Notes: generated by a model from the sequence alone, not told the origin. Positions 47,053 through 59,787 are shown, numbered from the whole stretch's first letter. The stretch: 62,859 nucleotides of DNA, filler included, from 12 parts of 12 records of this genome joined end to end with filler, not necessarily neighbours in it, one strand, 5' to 3'. Program-made: numbers and translations.

Positions 47053-47715
47053 AAACGAGGAGGACGAACCTAACAGTGATTGCAATTGGTTAGACGCCCA
47101 CTACCAGCCAAAGTGCTCGAGCCGAGGTGACGGCGAAGCCGACGCGGACTCGTTAGCGCTGCATGAACTGTCAATACCCGGGAACAGACAACAACTCGGG
47201 AATACTGATATCGCCAAGTTGTCGATAGCAATCTGATTGCATATAGAATTACATTGATTCTAGATGTACTTGTATGTCATGATGTCAGTATGAGTACGCT
47301 GTCAGACGACTCCGATCCGTGATTTCGATGTGAAGTGACCCTAAATGTCAACGAAATATGAACTGATCATGGAACCGATGTCAGGCGCTATTGAAAGAGC
47401 GAAATGTTCCGACGCAATACTATATATATATTCTCGAGCGTCTTTAGTTGATTTTCTAAGGCAAAGCACCGATTGGCGGCCTGCCGGGTCGCAGCTCCGT
47501 GCCCGCACGAGGTCGGTGCAGTTGTACTGGGCCGAGTCNNNNNNNNNNNNNNNNNNNNNNNNNNNNNNNNNNNNNNNNNNNNTTAATTAATTAANNNNNN
47601 NNNNNNNNNNNNNNNNNNNNNNNNNNNNNNNNNNNNNNACAAAAATAAGGTAAATTCGCCCGGCGCCGGCCGCACAACTCGGCCAACCCGCTCGACTCCT
47701 CCACTCCCATTCATC

Positions 47716-50216
47716 ATGCACCATCTGCGCCCTTGGGGTGTGTTGTTGCTGTTCGCACTGGCGCCGGCGGTGTGTGGCGACGCGGTCTCGGACCGAGAAC
47801 GGATTTCGCTGCGAGAGCGAGCACGGGCTATATTTTACCACGGTGGAGCCGGGCCTGCCTACTGGGCCCAGCCACTAGGCCAGGGTACTCCAACTATATC
47901 CAGCACGCACTCCCGAGGGACGAGCTCACCCCGCTCTCATGCAGCGGGCAGGACAACTTTGGCGGGCTGCAGGCCAGCGTGGGGCTCCCGGTGCAGGCTG
48001 AGCGGCGGACCAGGTGTCGCTGATCGACGCGCTGGACACGTTGGCGGTGCTGGGGGATCAGGACGAGTTCGAGCGGGCGTGCAGCTATCTGAGCCGGACG
48101 CTCGATTTTGACAAGGACGTCTTGGTCTCAGTATTCGAGACCAATATTCGTGTGCTGGGTGGACTGCTCTCGGCGCACTTGATTCGGGAGGCCGACCCAG
48201 CGTACGACGGCCGGTGCTTGCTGGCTGGGAAATCACCGAGCTGGCGGGACAGGCTGCTGGAGCACGCGCACGACTTGGCGCGGCGGCTGCTGCCGGCCTT
48301 TGACACGCCGACCGGACTGCCTTATGGCACCATCAACCTGCGTCACGGGGTGGCGGCCAATGCAAGTGAGATCACCTGCAGCGCGGCGGCCGGTACGTTC
48401 CTACTCGAGTTCGCTACGGTCTCGCGGCTGGTGGGCAGTAACGTGTTCGAGAATGCGGCTCGGCGTGCGCTGCAAGGTGGCACAAGCTGGCCGGCCCTGC
48501 TAAGGGAGGTGGGTGCAGGGCTGTTTATGAGGCGCTCACGGTTGAACCTCGTGGGGGCTCACGTGAATGTGGTCACTGGGGAGTGGACGCACACCGACGC
48601 TGGCATTGGGGTGTTCGTGGACTCGATGTACGAGTACCTGCTGAAAGGGTGGATAGCGTTCGGTGAGCCGGAGGACTATCTCATGTTCGCTGAGCTGTAC
48701 AAGGCGGTTCAAAAGCATCTGTACAGGAACGGTTGGTACGTAGAGGCCAACATGTGGTCGGGCAAGATGACGTGGCCAACTTTCTCGGCATTGCAGGGCT
48801 TCTGGCCTTCGCTGCAGGTGCTGACGAAGGCTGGGCTGGGTCGCGACTGGGTATGTCAGGTGCTGTGGGGTGACCTAGCTGAGGCCGAGGCCACGGCAAT
48901 GAATTTCTACAAGCTATGGACCCAATTTGGGTTGTTGCCGGAGAGATTTCGACTGGACTTGGGCACAGTTGAGAAGCAAAATTCCGGGTGGCTCCAGCCA
49001 GGCGGCCTAGCTGAGGGGATGGCAGGTACCCACTGAGGCCGGAGCTGATCGAGTCGTTTACCTACCTTCAGCAGCAGCAGAGGCACAGCGGAGACGACAA
49101 GTATGTAGCCATCGGGAGGGATATGCTCTCGTCTCTTGAAGCATCAGCATATGTCCCGTGTGGCTATGCCACGATCACGGACGTTCGAACCCACCAACGA
49201 GAGGATGCGATGCCCTCATACTTCCTAGCTGAAACCTGTAAGTACCTCTACCTGCTCTTTGACTCGCCGCGCTTACCCACACCAGCCAAAAGAGCTGCCT
49301 CGGCCATGCCGTTTCCACGCCCCAGCGACCATGAGCGGTTCAGCCAACGCGAGCAGGAGTTCCGTCGGTTGTTTGCAAAGGAATCGGCGCTGGGCAGCCA
49401 ATCCAGCGATGAATGGGACAAGTCCTTGACGGAACAGTTAAACGTAGAAGCCGCATTTGGACCATCGCCGCTCGGTTTCCGGCCTGTAGCTCCAAAACGC
49501 TCAAGCAGCACAGTAAAGTGGGCAGGCGGAGTACAGGCAGAGGGCGGCTGGATGTACAATACTGAGGGGCACTTGCTCCCGCTCGCCCGACTGCAGCAGA
49601 TGGAACCGGCTGGACCACATCACTCGTTGCTTAACCAGAGCTCGATCTGGGATGTGTTAGAGTCGCCGGTCAGCCAGACACAGTTCAGGCTGGAGCGAGA
49701 ATGTCCAGCGCCCAGCTGGCGCCAGGTTAACGAGTGCTCGCAAATTCCTGACTACAGTGACATCAAGTACGCACAAGTAAGGGCAGCCAGCCTGGTGGCA
49801 GCTGAACTCAATGCGGGCAGGTGGCTCGACTGTTTGGCGTGGCACGGATCTCTACAGCGACGGCCAGCCCAAGCCCGGCCCCAGCTAGTGCGATGCTGCA
49901 GAGTGCGTTGATGCAGTTCGTGCAGAAGTTGGGCGGCGGCGAGGTGAACGCGGAGGCCAACAAGCTAATGGAACTCAAGCTCCCGAACATGGCAGGCGGC
50001 CAGGTCGCAGATGCTGCTGCTGTGTTAAAAAGCAGACTGAAGGCAAGCGGAATGGAATTAAATTTCGAGCCTGACGGATCGGTGGAGGAGTCGATTCCCG
50101 CGGCCGTACACGACCAAGTAGCAACGGAGAGCGGTTCTGTGGCCACAGCTACTAAACTTCCGGCAGCTACAAACGCTGCCAGTATACCACCAGTCGTGCC
50201 AGAAATAGCAGGTTAA
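47716..50216 (+). CDS. EDEM-type GH47 ER alpha-1,2-mannosidase-like protein
   Basis: Signal peptide; spliced FYHGYSNYIQHALPRDELTPLSC, SLIDALDTL, VSVFETNIRVLGGLLSAH, LLPAFDTPTGLPYG, DSMYEYLLK, YPLRPELIES, EDAMPSYFLAETCKYLYLLF, NTEGH. Confidence 0.93.
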
Positions 50217-50743
50217 CTAGCTATGCATAAATTGTAATAGTAATGAGCGGGTTGTAAGCGGGTTGGCCGATACCGCACCTATTATTGTCATGTAGAACCG
50301 CAAATTTTAGAATCTCAGCGCTCAGGCTAGCGCTCGGCGCTAGGGTCCACCAGGTGCCACGGAACACAAAGGACACCAATTGATTGACACTAACGGACAT
50401 CAACAGACGGACGCTAGACTGCAAGTTTTTCCTCCTTTTAGTCCTTTAATTAATTCATTTATTTAGTCTAATAGCCTCATGCCCGCCGGACCGACCGACT
50501 TTAGATAGCTTATTTTGTGTAAACCCCTTTACGCTCTACTCCCAATCAAGTTTAAAGCCGCCACATGATTGTATGGTGACGATACCTATTGAGGTTTTTT
50601 ACTGTAATTAACAATCTATTGACAACAACCCGGTACACACAACACGCAAACATAACGCGAAGCGAACACATTCTGACTTGTCCCAATCAGTCGTGCCATC
50701 AACCGACACCTGAAGGTGCTCTCTCTTACATCTACACTAAATA

Positions 50744-51363
50744 TTACTGAGCACACGAGAAGGCTAGTGCAGCATAGGCAGACGCAAAGGATTCCTTGGA
50801 GAAAGTTCCATCATCATTGACCTCGATCTTCTCCCAAAGGCTGGCCCAGCCATCGGTGGAGGTGGCTAGGACCTGCTTCATTGCCTTGCCGGCCTCACTC
50901 TGAGAGAACTTCTTGATCTCACTCCTTGTGAGTGCATTGTCACCGTTTTTGTCAGCAGCCTCAAACAGCAGCTCGCCCTCATCATAGAACTGCTCCATGG
51001 CTGCCTCAGCATCGAACGACTTCTCATCCAGCGGATCGCGGGGCGAGGTGGGCGCATCCACAGCAAACAGCACATCAGCGATCATTGTGTCGACTGCAGT
51101 TGGCTCAGTGGTGGTGGCTGGCTCTGCAGCAACGACTTCTTCCATGGTGACTTGTGGCTGAGGGAACATTGCGGCCACCTTGGTTGGCAGGTAGGCCCAA
51201 ACCGGGGTACGTTGCAGACCCTTGCCAAGTGTGCCAAACACAGCTTCGCCATAGGGGGCTGCTTGGATTGCCCGAAAGACCTGGGCAGCGACCACATCAA
51301 ATGACTTCTCAGCCAGGCTCTGAATCGTCATGCTGCTGGTGAGCTTCGAATGGAGCAGCTCCC
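50744..51363 (-). CDS. EF-hand protein, 3' fragment
   Basis: LFEAADKNGDNALTRSEI and IEVNDDGTFSKESF; the frame is open to the contig end. Confidence 0.7.
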
Positions 51364-51463
51364 NNNNNNNNNNNNNNNNNNNNNNNNNNNNNNNNNNNNN
51401 NNNNNNNTTAATTAATTAANNNNNNNNNNNNNNNNNNNNNNNNNNNNNNNNNNNNNNNNNNNN

Positions 51464-51912
51464 AGCAGCCGCCCGCTGAGCGTCCAGATCGAAGTCGCCG
51501 GCGGGCTGAGCCTCCTCAGGGGCGCTCTGCTCGACCTACACCGGTTAGCTGCCCAGGGGTAATTTGCCGGCACATTGGTAGTCGAGGCGCCGCCGGCCAT
51601 TAGCTGCCGGACGGAACGGACCAAGTGGCTCTGTCCCCGTGGCTCGGACTGGGGCAGGCCTGGTGCTGGCACCTTCTGGTACTCGAGCTTGCTGATCCGC
51701 GCCTGGGCGTCGCCCTGCACCCACGGCTCATGCCGCGGCGACCGGTGGACGCGCCTCCGGGCTGGACTGGTTGGAGAGCTGGTCGAGCTGCTCGAGCAGC
51801 GCGAGGTACTTGCGCTCCAGCTCGGCCACTGCAGCCTCGGCCTGCTCGGCCCTGCAGCCCCGCTCTCCCCGGCCGAGGGACGGTTGTGTTACCGGCGCTG
51901 GTAGTCCTCCAT
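51464..51912 (-). CDS. Coiled-coil protein, 5' fragment
   Basis: MEDYQRR-AEQAEAAVAELERKYLALLEQLDQL...GDAQARISKLEYQK-SHLVRSVRQL across small introns. Confidence 0.5.
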
Positions 51913-51961
51913 CCCGAGCGCTGATTAACGGACATCGAGGCTCGGCGGTGACCGGGGCGAC

Positions 51962-53337
51962 ATGGACTTCGAGCAGAAGCAAGCTGAGAGTGGGCGGCCG
52001 GGTGTTCGGGCTGATCGTCTGCCGCAGGCACGGCTGGGCAGGACAACAGCTCGGTGCTGGCCCTGATGCAGGCGCTGCAGCCGGCGGTGGTATACACGAA
52101 CGAGACCAATTTCGCCACCAACAGAAAGCTGTGGGATGCTTACGCCGACGAGTGGCGGCCGCAAGAGGACTGGGTCCACTCTCAGGTGGCCGTCTCCACC
52201 GGCCTGCTTACCGGGCTGCAGGCTGTCAAAGCTGGAGTGCCGCCCGAGCAGGTGGGCAGTGCAGTAGCGGCGGTCTCACGGGTGGTGGCAGGTGCCGGAG
52301 CACCTGCAATTTATCGGCGACGAATGGACCAACAAGGACGACCTAGATGCCGTGCTGGCCCAGGTCGCTCTCGCGCCTCCGACCGGCTGCTCAGTCGCAT
52401 GGCCCAGTTCCTTTTCCCGCACATCGTGCCGGAGAGCCACGTGGCCGAGGTCGGGTCTGGAGGCGGCCGAATCGCATGCCAGGTGTTGCTGGCCGCTGAC
52501 TCCCGCAACTCGGCGCCAGGTGGCCGGTCGCTGCGGCTCGCTGCATTGCTTCGACATCTCTAGTGTGATGCTAGGCCGTGCCGAGGCCAAGCTGAAGGCG
52601 GCTGGACACGATCACGCAGCCCACCACAGGCGTAACTCTTAGTGACCAGGCGCGCGCAGGTGGAGTGTGTGCTGTTGAAGCAACCCGAGTTTGATGCTGA
52701 ATTCCACAGCCGGTGCCCAGCCGGAGCTTCGGGGCTAAGCGAGGCTGCAGGTTTGATGTGGTTTATTTCTTTGACGTGCTGGTTACAACCCTCCCTGGCC
52801 CTGCTACTACCCACTGATCGTTCTGAGCCCTGCACAATGGGCCAGTGCTGCCTGTTGAAGCCGGGCGGCTAGGTGCATGTGGACTTGCACACGCAATGGA
52901 AATACATTCAGCAGCTCCCACTCCTACTCAAGCCTGCTGGCCGTGCACTTCTGCACACCGCCAATATCTGTACCGACAAAGGGTTCGAGCGGTATATTTC
53001 TGCGGCCCAGCCCACGAGCTAAACCTTACGGGCGCTCAGGTTTTCCAAGCAGTCGGAGGCGAGTGTGGGAGGGTTTTGTTTCACTAGCCCACAGATCGTG
53101 CTGCACATGATCCAACAGGCATCGATCATTATCCCTCTTTGAGCCAGCCGTAGTGGCTTAGCATACGTATGCCGGTTACTTGGGCCATGCACTGCAGTGT
53201 GCCTGCGAGGATAACAGCTCATGCGGTCGCAGGTAGCCGAGCTGCGAGTGGTGTGTAACTCTTTGGAGCCGCCCCCTGGATCAGATAATATTTACGTACA
53301 ACGGGATTTCTTGGTAGTAGTCGAGCGGTGCAGCTAG
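51962..53337 (+). CDS. Class I SAM-dependent methyltransferase (many introns)
   Basis: NRKLWDAYA, IGDEW, VAEVGSGGGRIA (motif I), LHCFDISSVML, FDVVYFFD, VHVDLHTQWKY..LLKPAGRALLH, RDFLVVVE. Confidence 0.82.
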
Positions 53338-53589
53338 TCGTTCACTTACCATTTAACTCTGGTTGAATCAATGATTACCATCAATAATGCCGGATGTTTT
53401 TCTTACTCTTCGTACTCGTACAAAACATGTAGTCATGTACTGTTTTATAATCAACTACATGTACATACATTATAATCCTAATTCAAAACTAGTGTTGCGG
53501 AGCTCAATTCATGACGTTGGACATCATAGCTCGCACATATGCGGAAGTTGTACAATGCATGAGTGGATTACAGCAGCTGCAACGCGCAC

Positions 53590-55706
53590 TCACGCACCGA
53601 GCAGATCATCCACAGACTCCTTCTTGAGCAAATCAGGCGGTGGTGGGCCAGGGGGCGGGCCAGGAGGCGGAGTTGGCCTTGGTTGGCCCTGGGCAACAGG
53701 TGCAGACTCGCCGCCACCGAAAAAGTCGTCAATCTCATCGATTGCAGCAAGCGCCTGTCAGCCTGTGAGTGCCGGATATATATGCCAGCCACTCACATCG
53801 GCCATGTCAGCATCATCTCCTGCAGGCTGGGCCGCAGCTTGGGTCCTGTTGCCAGGCTGGGCTGGGAGGCCCCAGCCTTTATCGTCGTCGTCTATAGACT
53901 CGTGCTTCGCCTTGGACGAGACAGGGCTCGGTTCGCCCTCGCCGCTTGCACCAACTGTCTCACCACCATTGAAAAAGTCGTCTTCATCATCTTGAATCTC
54001 ATCCTCCGGCAGTGTCGGCGACACCTGCCCAGCTGTCAACGAACATATTGGCCCTCCGCACCATGTCGGCAGTCAGTGCCCCGCTGCCCTCGTTGTCATC
54101 TGACTTACTCGGAATCTTGTCAATCCGATCTTGATAACGCGGCCTGCCTCCAACGTCACACGGCCACATAGCGGCGCGTTACCGGTTAATTGCCCACATT
54201 TCTGTCAGATCTCCGCGCTTTTTGGGGGCCACTCCACGGAAATCCTTGCCCAGTCCTTCTATCGAAGCGGCTGCCTGCTGCATGGGGCACGAATTCATCT
54301 CGGTATCGTATCCTACGCCCGCCAGGCAGATCATTGCATTCCGGCCTACTCGGGGCTCTTCAATCAATGTGCTGATCATCTGTCCGACCCATTCAGAGCC
54401 AGGCACACGGCAGCTGCATACCTGCCCAGTGGAAGAATCAATCACTTGAATCACACCGATTGCTGCAATCGAGAGCGTCCCAGGATTCTGCGAGATGATG
54501 CTCATTAAGCTGCAGTTGAGCTGCGGCAGGTAGGTCGCCCACAAGATCTCGCTCGTGTATGGGTTGAGCGCGATGCAGTGCGCTGCCATCGCCACATAGA
54601 TCCGCCCACCTTCGTAGGTAAGCGCCGGCTGCTCAATCGCTAGCTTGATCCCAGCGAACAAGTCACGCTCCCACACGATGGCTTCACCATGCGACCTACA
54701 GAGACAACCTCAGGACGGGGCCGGCCGGTTGAGCGCACTGCTGAGGATCAATACAGTACATGACACCAGCTGAGCACGCGAACACAAACTGCTTCTTGGC
54801 CAGTGACGGAGAGGCCAGCGAGCCTACGTCCGCCTCGTCGCGGTTGGCGAGCATGACTGTGAGCAACGGGCACAGACTGTCGGTGCATTCGAGCTTTTTG
54901 ATTTTGCGCTCCCAGATCTTATCGCCTGTCCTCGCCGCCAGTCCGCCGAGCCGGCCATGCATCCCGTAGCAAATCTGCAGCGGCACGGTCAATCGGTTAT
55001 CAATCAAGTGGCAGACCTGATGCCCGTTATCACACAGGGCAACGCAGGTGTGGCACGCAGAGGTGGATGCCCCGAACCGACTGTTCTTAATCTGCTGCTG
55101 CCATACAATCTCCCCGTTGTCTCCGTTCAGGAGCAGCACAGCTCCGCGCGAACCGGCAAAGAGCTGATCCTTTGAGGATCCAATGCACATGTTGACGACG
55201 TCATAGCCCGTCCCTGGCCGGCCGGTCAGACACCGCAGGTTTTGACAAGCCTTGCCTGGCAGATTGCGGCTCCACTTCTTTGTGCCGTCGTCCGCGAAGA
55301 TGCCCTTGATCTTACCCTTGGACGCGACGTAGATCACCGGGGTCTTTGGGTACACCGCAAATGTGACCGGCCCCCTAGCGAAGCTCTCATCGAATGTGTG
55401 GATCCATACCGTGTCGCCCGTGGTGGCGTCCATCGCGATGGCGAAACGATTGAATCCGGCGAACACGTACCCCTCCCCCTTCCGCGGCCCGGAGGTGAAT
55501 AGCTTCAGGAGCACTGTCACTTGTCGGGCGTCAAAGTGCTTCTCGTGCTCCAGTTTGAGGGTTTTGCGCCACATTTCGTGGCCGTCCACGTCGCACATGA
55601 TGGCGTATCCGTCACAGGACCACACAAAGCTGACCGCTTTGATCATCTGCAGCTTCTCGTCCGGGGCCAACGTCGGCGGGGCCGGCCCGTGCGGGGACTT
55701 GGGCAT
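53590..55706 (-). CDS. PQQ-like (BamB-type) beta-propeller repeat protein with acidic/Pro-rich tail
   Basis: Repeats AMDATTGDTVW, FADDGTKKW, LNGDNGEIVW, LAARTGDKIW, ALNPYTSEILW. Introns near 54145-54181 and 54025-54061 join ORF 54179-54676 to the acidic ORF 53758-54039 and the PPPGPPPGPPPP tail; stop TGA at 53590. Confidence 0.75.
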
Positions 55707-56161
55707 TCTCCTGTCTCCTTGTGCGGGGACCGGCCTGCGCAGGCTCTCTCGACGGCAGTTGGCCTGCCAACGGACACCTTGAAAAAAGAAATGCCAGCAC
55801 GCACGCATGCGCATGATCACGATCGTGTTCTGACGACATGACATTGTGTGTCCGCGTGTTAGTTACGTGTTAGTAGTCTGTCAGTTGGAAGTTAACTTAA
55901 ACAAGCGACACTGCACGGTGCTGAAATCTGGGCGCGCGCAGGTGATTATATACAATTTATATGTAAAGCCGACGTATTTGTCATTTGAGCTCGAGTTCGA
56001 GCTCTATCTGTCTATCATGATCAGTTCGTCCGTTCGTCCTGGTTCGTCAATTGACTTGAGGGTGTGCACGTGAGTGCGCTGGGAGTAGGTACCACAGACT
56101 TTGCAGCTGCCCGTGCTCAAATAGCAGCCGCGCGTCAGGTCATTCCTGTCAATTGTCGGTG

Positions 56162-57736
56162 CTAGGGTGCCGCGGTCGGCGCGGCCGTGGGTGCAGCGCT
56201 TGGCGACTCGGTCGGCTCGGCCGTGGGCATGCCGTAAAGCCTTGGTATGCCTAGCTTCATAAGCGAAATTGTAGAGTCCCACAAGAGCTTGCCACTTGTG
56301 GAAGTGCATTGCGTGGTGTTCTGCCACATCGCTTCCATGCACTGCGTCACTGCGTTGTAGTCAACCAGCTGGGTTGTATGCTCAAAGCAGCTGGTATCAC
56401 CATGCTCCAGTCTCTTGCCGTTGGAGGTGATTACGGAGAGAGTGATGAGAATCACAAGAAAGAGGAGCAACGGAATAAAGTCTGTCACAGCTGCTGGCAT
56501 CCCCGGGATCACTTCGGTGCAGATTCTACACAGCCTGCCGCCAGGACTGCCATTGTTGTCGAGCCCGGCCACCCCTTTGCTGCCTCCAGACACAGGCGAG
56601 TCTTCCACTGGCCGACTACCTCCAGACCTGATGACGGCATACTGGAACAGCAGCATGAAGCTGCCGCACGATACAAAATAGAGAATCACCGCTGTACCCA
56701 CCGAGATGTCGGCAGAGTAGCTTTTGACCATAAGGTAGCAGCCCGTGTAGCTCGTGTAGCCCTCGCACTGGTCACACCGGTCATTGCCAACTGTCTGCAT
56801 GAGGGCGCCAATGAAGTAATAGAATGGGTTGAAGTACTTGATCAGCCAGAACCAGTCAGGCAAGTCTTGCACTATGATGCCCGACATCAGCACATTCAGC
56901 AACAGCATCGATACGTAGTATGTGTTAGCCATGACCGCCTCATATGCAAGCCACACCTGATCGGCAATGGTGCCAGCGTAGAACGTGAAGAAAGCTATCC
57001 CGAAAAAGAAGAGCGCACCAGGCCCTCCAGCAGGAGCGCCGTTCTCGAATTTCACCCAGTAGTATGGTAGGAGCGCCGGCAAAAGCCCGTGAGTGAAGGC
57101 CTGAACGACGTTGATCAACAACAGCGCACAATAGAAGGACCAAGCGTTGAACATCTGTAGATGGATGTACCGAAGGTAGATTGGCTTGAGCTTCGCAAAG
57201 GACCCGGTGCGGTAGCCATTGAAGTGCCAAATGATGATGAGAACAATGAGAAGCCACATGCCTCTCTCGAGGAGCCCGTCATCCGAGTCGATTTGCTTCA
57301 TATTTGCAAAGATCGAAGCAACCACCATTTGCACCCCTGCGATCAAGGCCAGGGACTCAAGGAGCACTTTACTTCTCAAGAGATGCATGCCATGGATTCG
57401 CAACAACAGAAGCACGTGGCTGGGAAGGAACATGCAAGAGGGGATCTTGAAGTCATGCATGTCACTCTTCATTGCGTTCTGCACGTCCAATCCAATGAAC
57501 GGGATATCCTTCTCACTCATCCAGAGCCATGGCGACCCGAGAGCTTGCTCGTCGTCCACGTCCTCGGGGTCGTGTGCAGCCGTCTGGATCGGATTTGGGC
57601 TGAACTGGATCGCTTCAGCCCGAACTTTCACCGAGGAGGCAATGTCGCACAGCGTGTCGGCCTCGGACCCGCCGGGGAGTTGATCCAGGCTGAGGTTGAT
57701 GGCGGTGCAGAGCGACTCGAGCGCCAGGTTGGTCGG
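56162..57736 (-). CDS. ABCG (ABC-2 type) transporter membrane domain with C-terminal extension (5' truncated)
   Basis: Uninterrupted frame with six ABC-2-like TM helices and LMSGIIVQDLPDWFWLIKYFNPFYY, then a further TM, a Cys-containing segment and PTAAPT repeats. Confidence 0.75.
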   Translation of the reverse strand, partial: PTNLALESLCTAINLSLDQLPGGSEADTLCDIASSVKVRAEAIQFSPNPIQTAAHDPEDVDDEQALGSPWLWMSEKDIPFIGLDVQNAMKSDMHDFKIPSCMFLPSHVLLLLRIHGMHLLRSKVLLESLALIAGVQMVVASIFANMKQIDSDDGLLERGMWLLIVLIIIWHFNGYRTGSFAKLKPIYLRYIHLQMFNAWSFYCALLLINVVQAFTHGLLPALLPYYWVKFENGAPAGGPGALFFFGIAFFTFYAGTIADQVWLAYEAVMANTYYVSMLLLNVLMSGIIVQDLPDWFWLIKYFNPFYYFIGALMQTVGNDRCDQCEGYTSYTGCYLMVKSYSADISVGTAVILYFVSCGSFMLLFQYAVIRSGGSRPVEDSPVSGGSKGVAGLDNNGSPGGRLCRICTEVIPGMPAAVTDFIPLLLFLVILITLSVITSNGKRLEHGDTSCFEHTTQLVDYNAVTQCMEAMWQNTTQCTSTSGKLLWDSTISLMKLGIPRLYGMPTAEPTESPSAAPTAAPTAAP

Positions 57737-57836
57737 NNNNNNNNNNNNNNNNNNNNNNNNNNNNNNNNNNNNNNNNNNNNTTAATTAATTAANNNNNNNN
57801 NNNNNNNNNNNNNNNNNNNNNNNNNNNNNNNNNNNN

Positions 57837-58298
57837 AACCGGTCCGGGCACCCGACGCTCTCGGGGTCGCGGGGGCACACGGACAGTGTGGTGCACAAGG
57901 TGGCGGGGATGCTCCGGCCGCCGGGGCTGGGCGAGGGGTTTGATCGGGTGGTCCGGGTGGGCTCGCAAGCCCAGCTGGACGATGAGCTGAGCGCACTGGC
58001 AGTCGCGGCGTGTGCAGAGCAGCCTGCCGCCAGCCCGCTGCAGCTCAGTGCGCAGGCCAGCCCATTTGTACCGCGTGCTGAGGTGGCTGGGTGCGCCAAG
58101 CCACTTGCGGGGAACATATTTCTCAGCCTGGCTGATGAAGAGTCGGAGGATGAGCAGTCGGAGGAGTTGGAGGATCAGCAGTCGGAGGAGCAGGAGCAGG
58201 CTGACGGCGAGATAGGCTGGACGTGTCATGCGTGCACCTATCTCAACTTAAACCTCGAGGCACCGGTGTGTGAAATGTGCCAGACAGAAAGGCAGTGA
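57837..58298 (+). CDS. 3' fragment: P-loop (AAA_33-like) C-terminus, PAM2-like motif, RanBP2-type zinc finger
   Basis: RSGHPTL..LRPPGLGEGFDRV, LSAQASPFVP, acidic tract, WTCHACTYLNLNLEAPVCEMC. Confidence 0.7.
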   Translation, partial: NRSGHPTLSGSRGHTDSVVHKVAGMLRPPGLGEGFDRVVRVGSQAQLDDELSALAVAACAEQPAASPLQLSAQASPFVPRAEVAGCAKPLAGNIFLSLADEESEDEQSEELEDQQSEEQEQADGEIGWTCHACTYLNLNLEAPVCEMCQTERQ

Positions 58299-58558
58299 TT
58301 CAGATCCGCCAATTACTTGTTTGATTAGTGAAAAGTTTAGTACATGTACGTCAATGTCGTTTTTACCGTCGTTCTCCATCCGTGATTGACCTCGTAAGAT
58401 TGTGTTTCAAATAGTTTCATCGACTTGATAATAGTTTGTTATGATATGACCTAGCGCCGGCAAGAAGAGACATTAATGTCACTCGGCGAAGTATGGTCAG
58501 CTTGGCTATACGTAACCGTAACGGACATACCGCGACCTCGCCGGGATTGCGCCGGAGG

Positions 58559-59497
58559 ATGCTGCGCCGGGCGTTCGAAGCTCATCTGGCCAAGCTGGAG
58601 GCCCGGATGGCGTGCCCGCCTGCCCCACACGGGGCTGGCTACGAGGAGCGCTGGGGGCTGCGGTACGCCGTGGCGCTCGACCAGCTGCCGAGCGCGGTGC
58701 GGCTGAGCTTCTCAGCGGTGCGGCTGGACGAGCAGACCAAGGCCTGGGTGGATCAAGCGGTGCGTCGACCGATTGGGATGCTCAGACTGGTGGTGCGCAA
58801 CCTCGCCATGCTGCTGATGAGCCGCTACGCCGCCGATGGTCTTTTTGGGCTGAGCAGTATGTTCGTGCTTTCGGAGGCCCAGTTCGCCCAGTTGTTGCTC
58901 CCAGAAATGGCCAACGGGGACAGGGCGCTGTTGGATGTGGGGGCGGGCGATGGCGGGGTAACGGTCAACCTGGGCGCGTTGTTTGGGTCCGTCAGTGCCA
59001 CCGAGGCCTCCGCGGTGTTGGCCTGGCGGCTGCGAGCTCGCGGGATCCAGGCTGTCACGGCCGGGTGCCTGCGGCAGGCCGGGCTGGCGGGGAGTGGGCG
59101 GTTTGACCTGGTCAGTTGCTTCAATGTGCTCGACCGGTGCGACCACCCGACACAGCTGGTGCGAGACTTGATCAGCTGCACCCGCCCGGGCAGCGGGCTT
59201 GTGATGCTAGCAGTGGTGCTGCCCTTCTGTCCGTGCGTGATGGCCCCCATGGGCCAGCGTCCGCCGGTTGAGAGGCTGGATCTGTTAGGGTGTGGTTCGG
59301 GAGCTAGCTGGGAGCAGTGCTTGGTCGAGCTTGTGGCTTGGCTCGAGAAGCTCGGGTTGCAGTTGGTCCGGTGGACTCGGGCGCCATACATCTCACGCGG
59401 TACCGGGCCGATGCCGGTCTATGCACTCGACGACGCTGTGCTCGTCCTACGACCGAACCGAACTATTGCGTGTAGTAGCGCACTAAGCATAGTTTAG
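58559..59497 (+). CDS. METTL9: Protein-histidine methyltransferase, METTL9/DREV family
   Basis: Intronless; MFVLSEAQF, LLDVGAGDGGVT, SATEAS, DLVSCFNVLDRCDHP, LAVVLPF, WTRAPY, YALDDAVLVL. Alternative start at 58493. Confidence 0.88.
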   Translation: MLRRAFEAHLAKLEARMACPPAPHGAGYEERWGLRYAVALDQLPSAVRLSFSAVRLDEQTKAWVDQAVRRPIGMLRLVVRNLAMLLMSRYAADGLFGLSSMFVLSEAQFAQLLLPEMANGDRALLDVGAGDGGVTVNLGALFGSVSATEASAVLAWRLRARGIQAVTAGCLRQAGLAGSGRFDLVSCFNVLDRCDHPTQLVRDLISCTRPGSGLVMLAVVLPFCPCVMAPMGQRPPVERLDLLGCGSGASWEQCLVELVAWLEKLGLQLVRWTRAPYISRGTGPMPVYALDDAVLVLRPNRTIACSSALSIV

Positions 59498-59787
59498 CGC
59501 ACTGAAATAATTATTGATATCTAATTATAATGAGAAAATTACGGTTCGGCACTTCCGCACTTCCGGCTCGCTGGATACCGGCCGCTTCCACTGTTTTATT
59601 TAATAAATCAACTGGAACTGCGGTTAGTACCCCGGTCTAGCTAATTAAAAGCGGCCCGAGTCTACTACGTAAGTATTTGCTTCTAGCAATGGTATAGCAA
59701 TGGGTTGTCACAATGTCATAATATTGATTGATTAATGGCCACCCATTATGACTGGCCAGCTGATTATACATGAATCATCAGTCATAA

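Noticed and set aside
53387-54171. Separate gene(s) at 53.4-54.2 kb
   Set aside because: The plus-strand ORFs are antisense shadows, and the minus-strand acidic ORF splices onto the PQQ-repeat gene.
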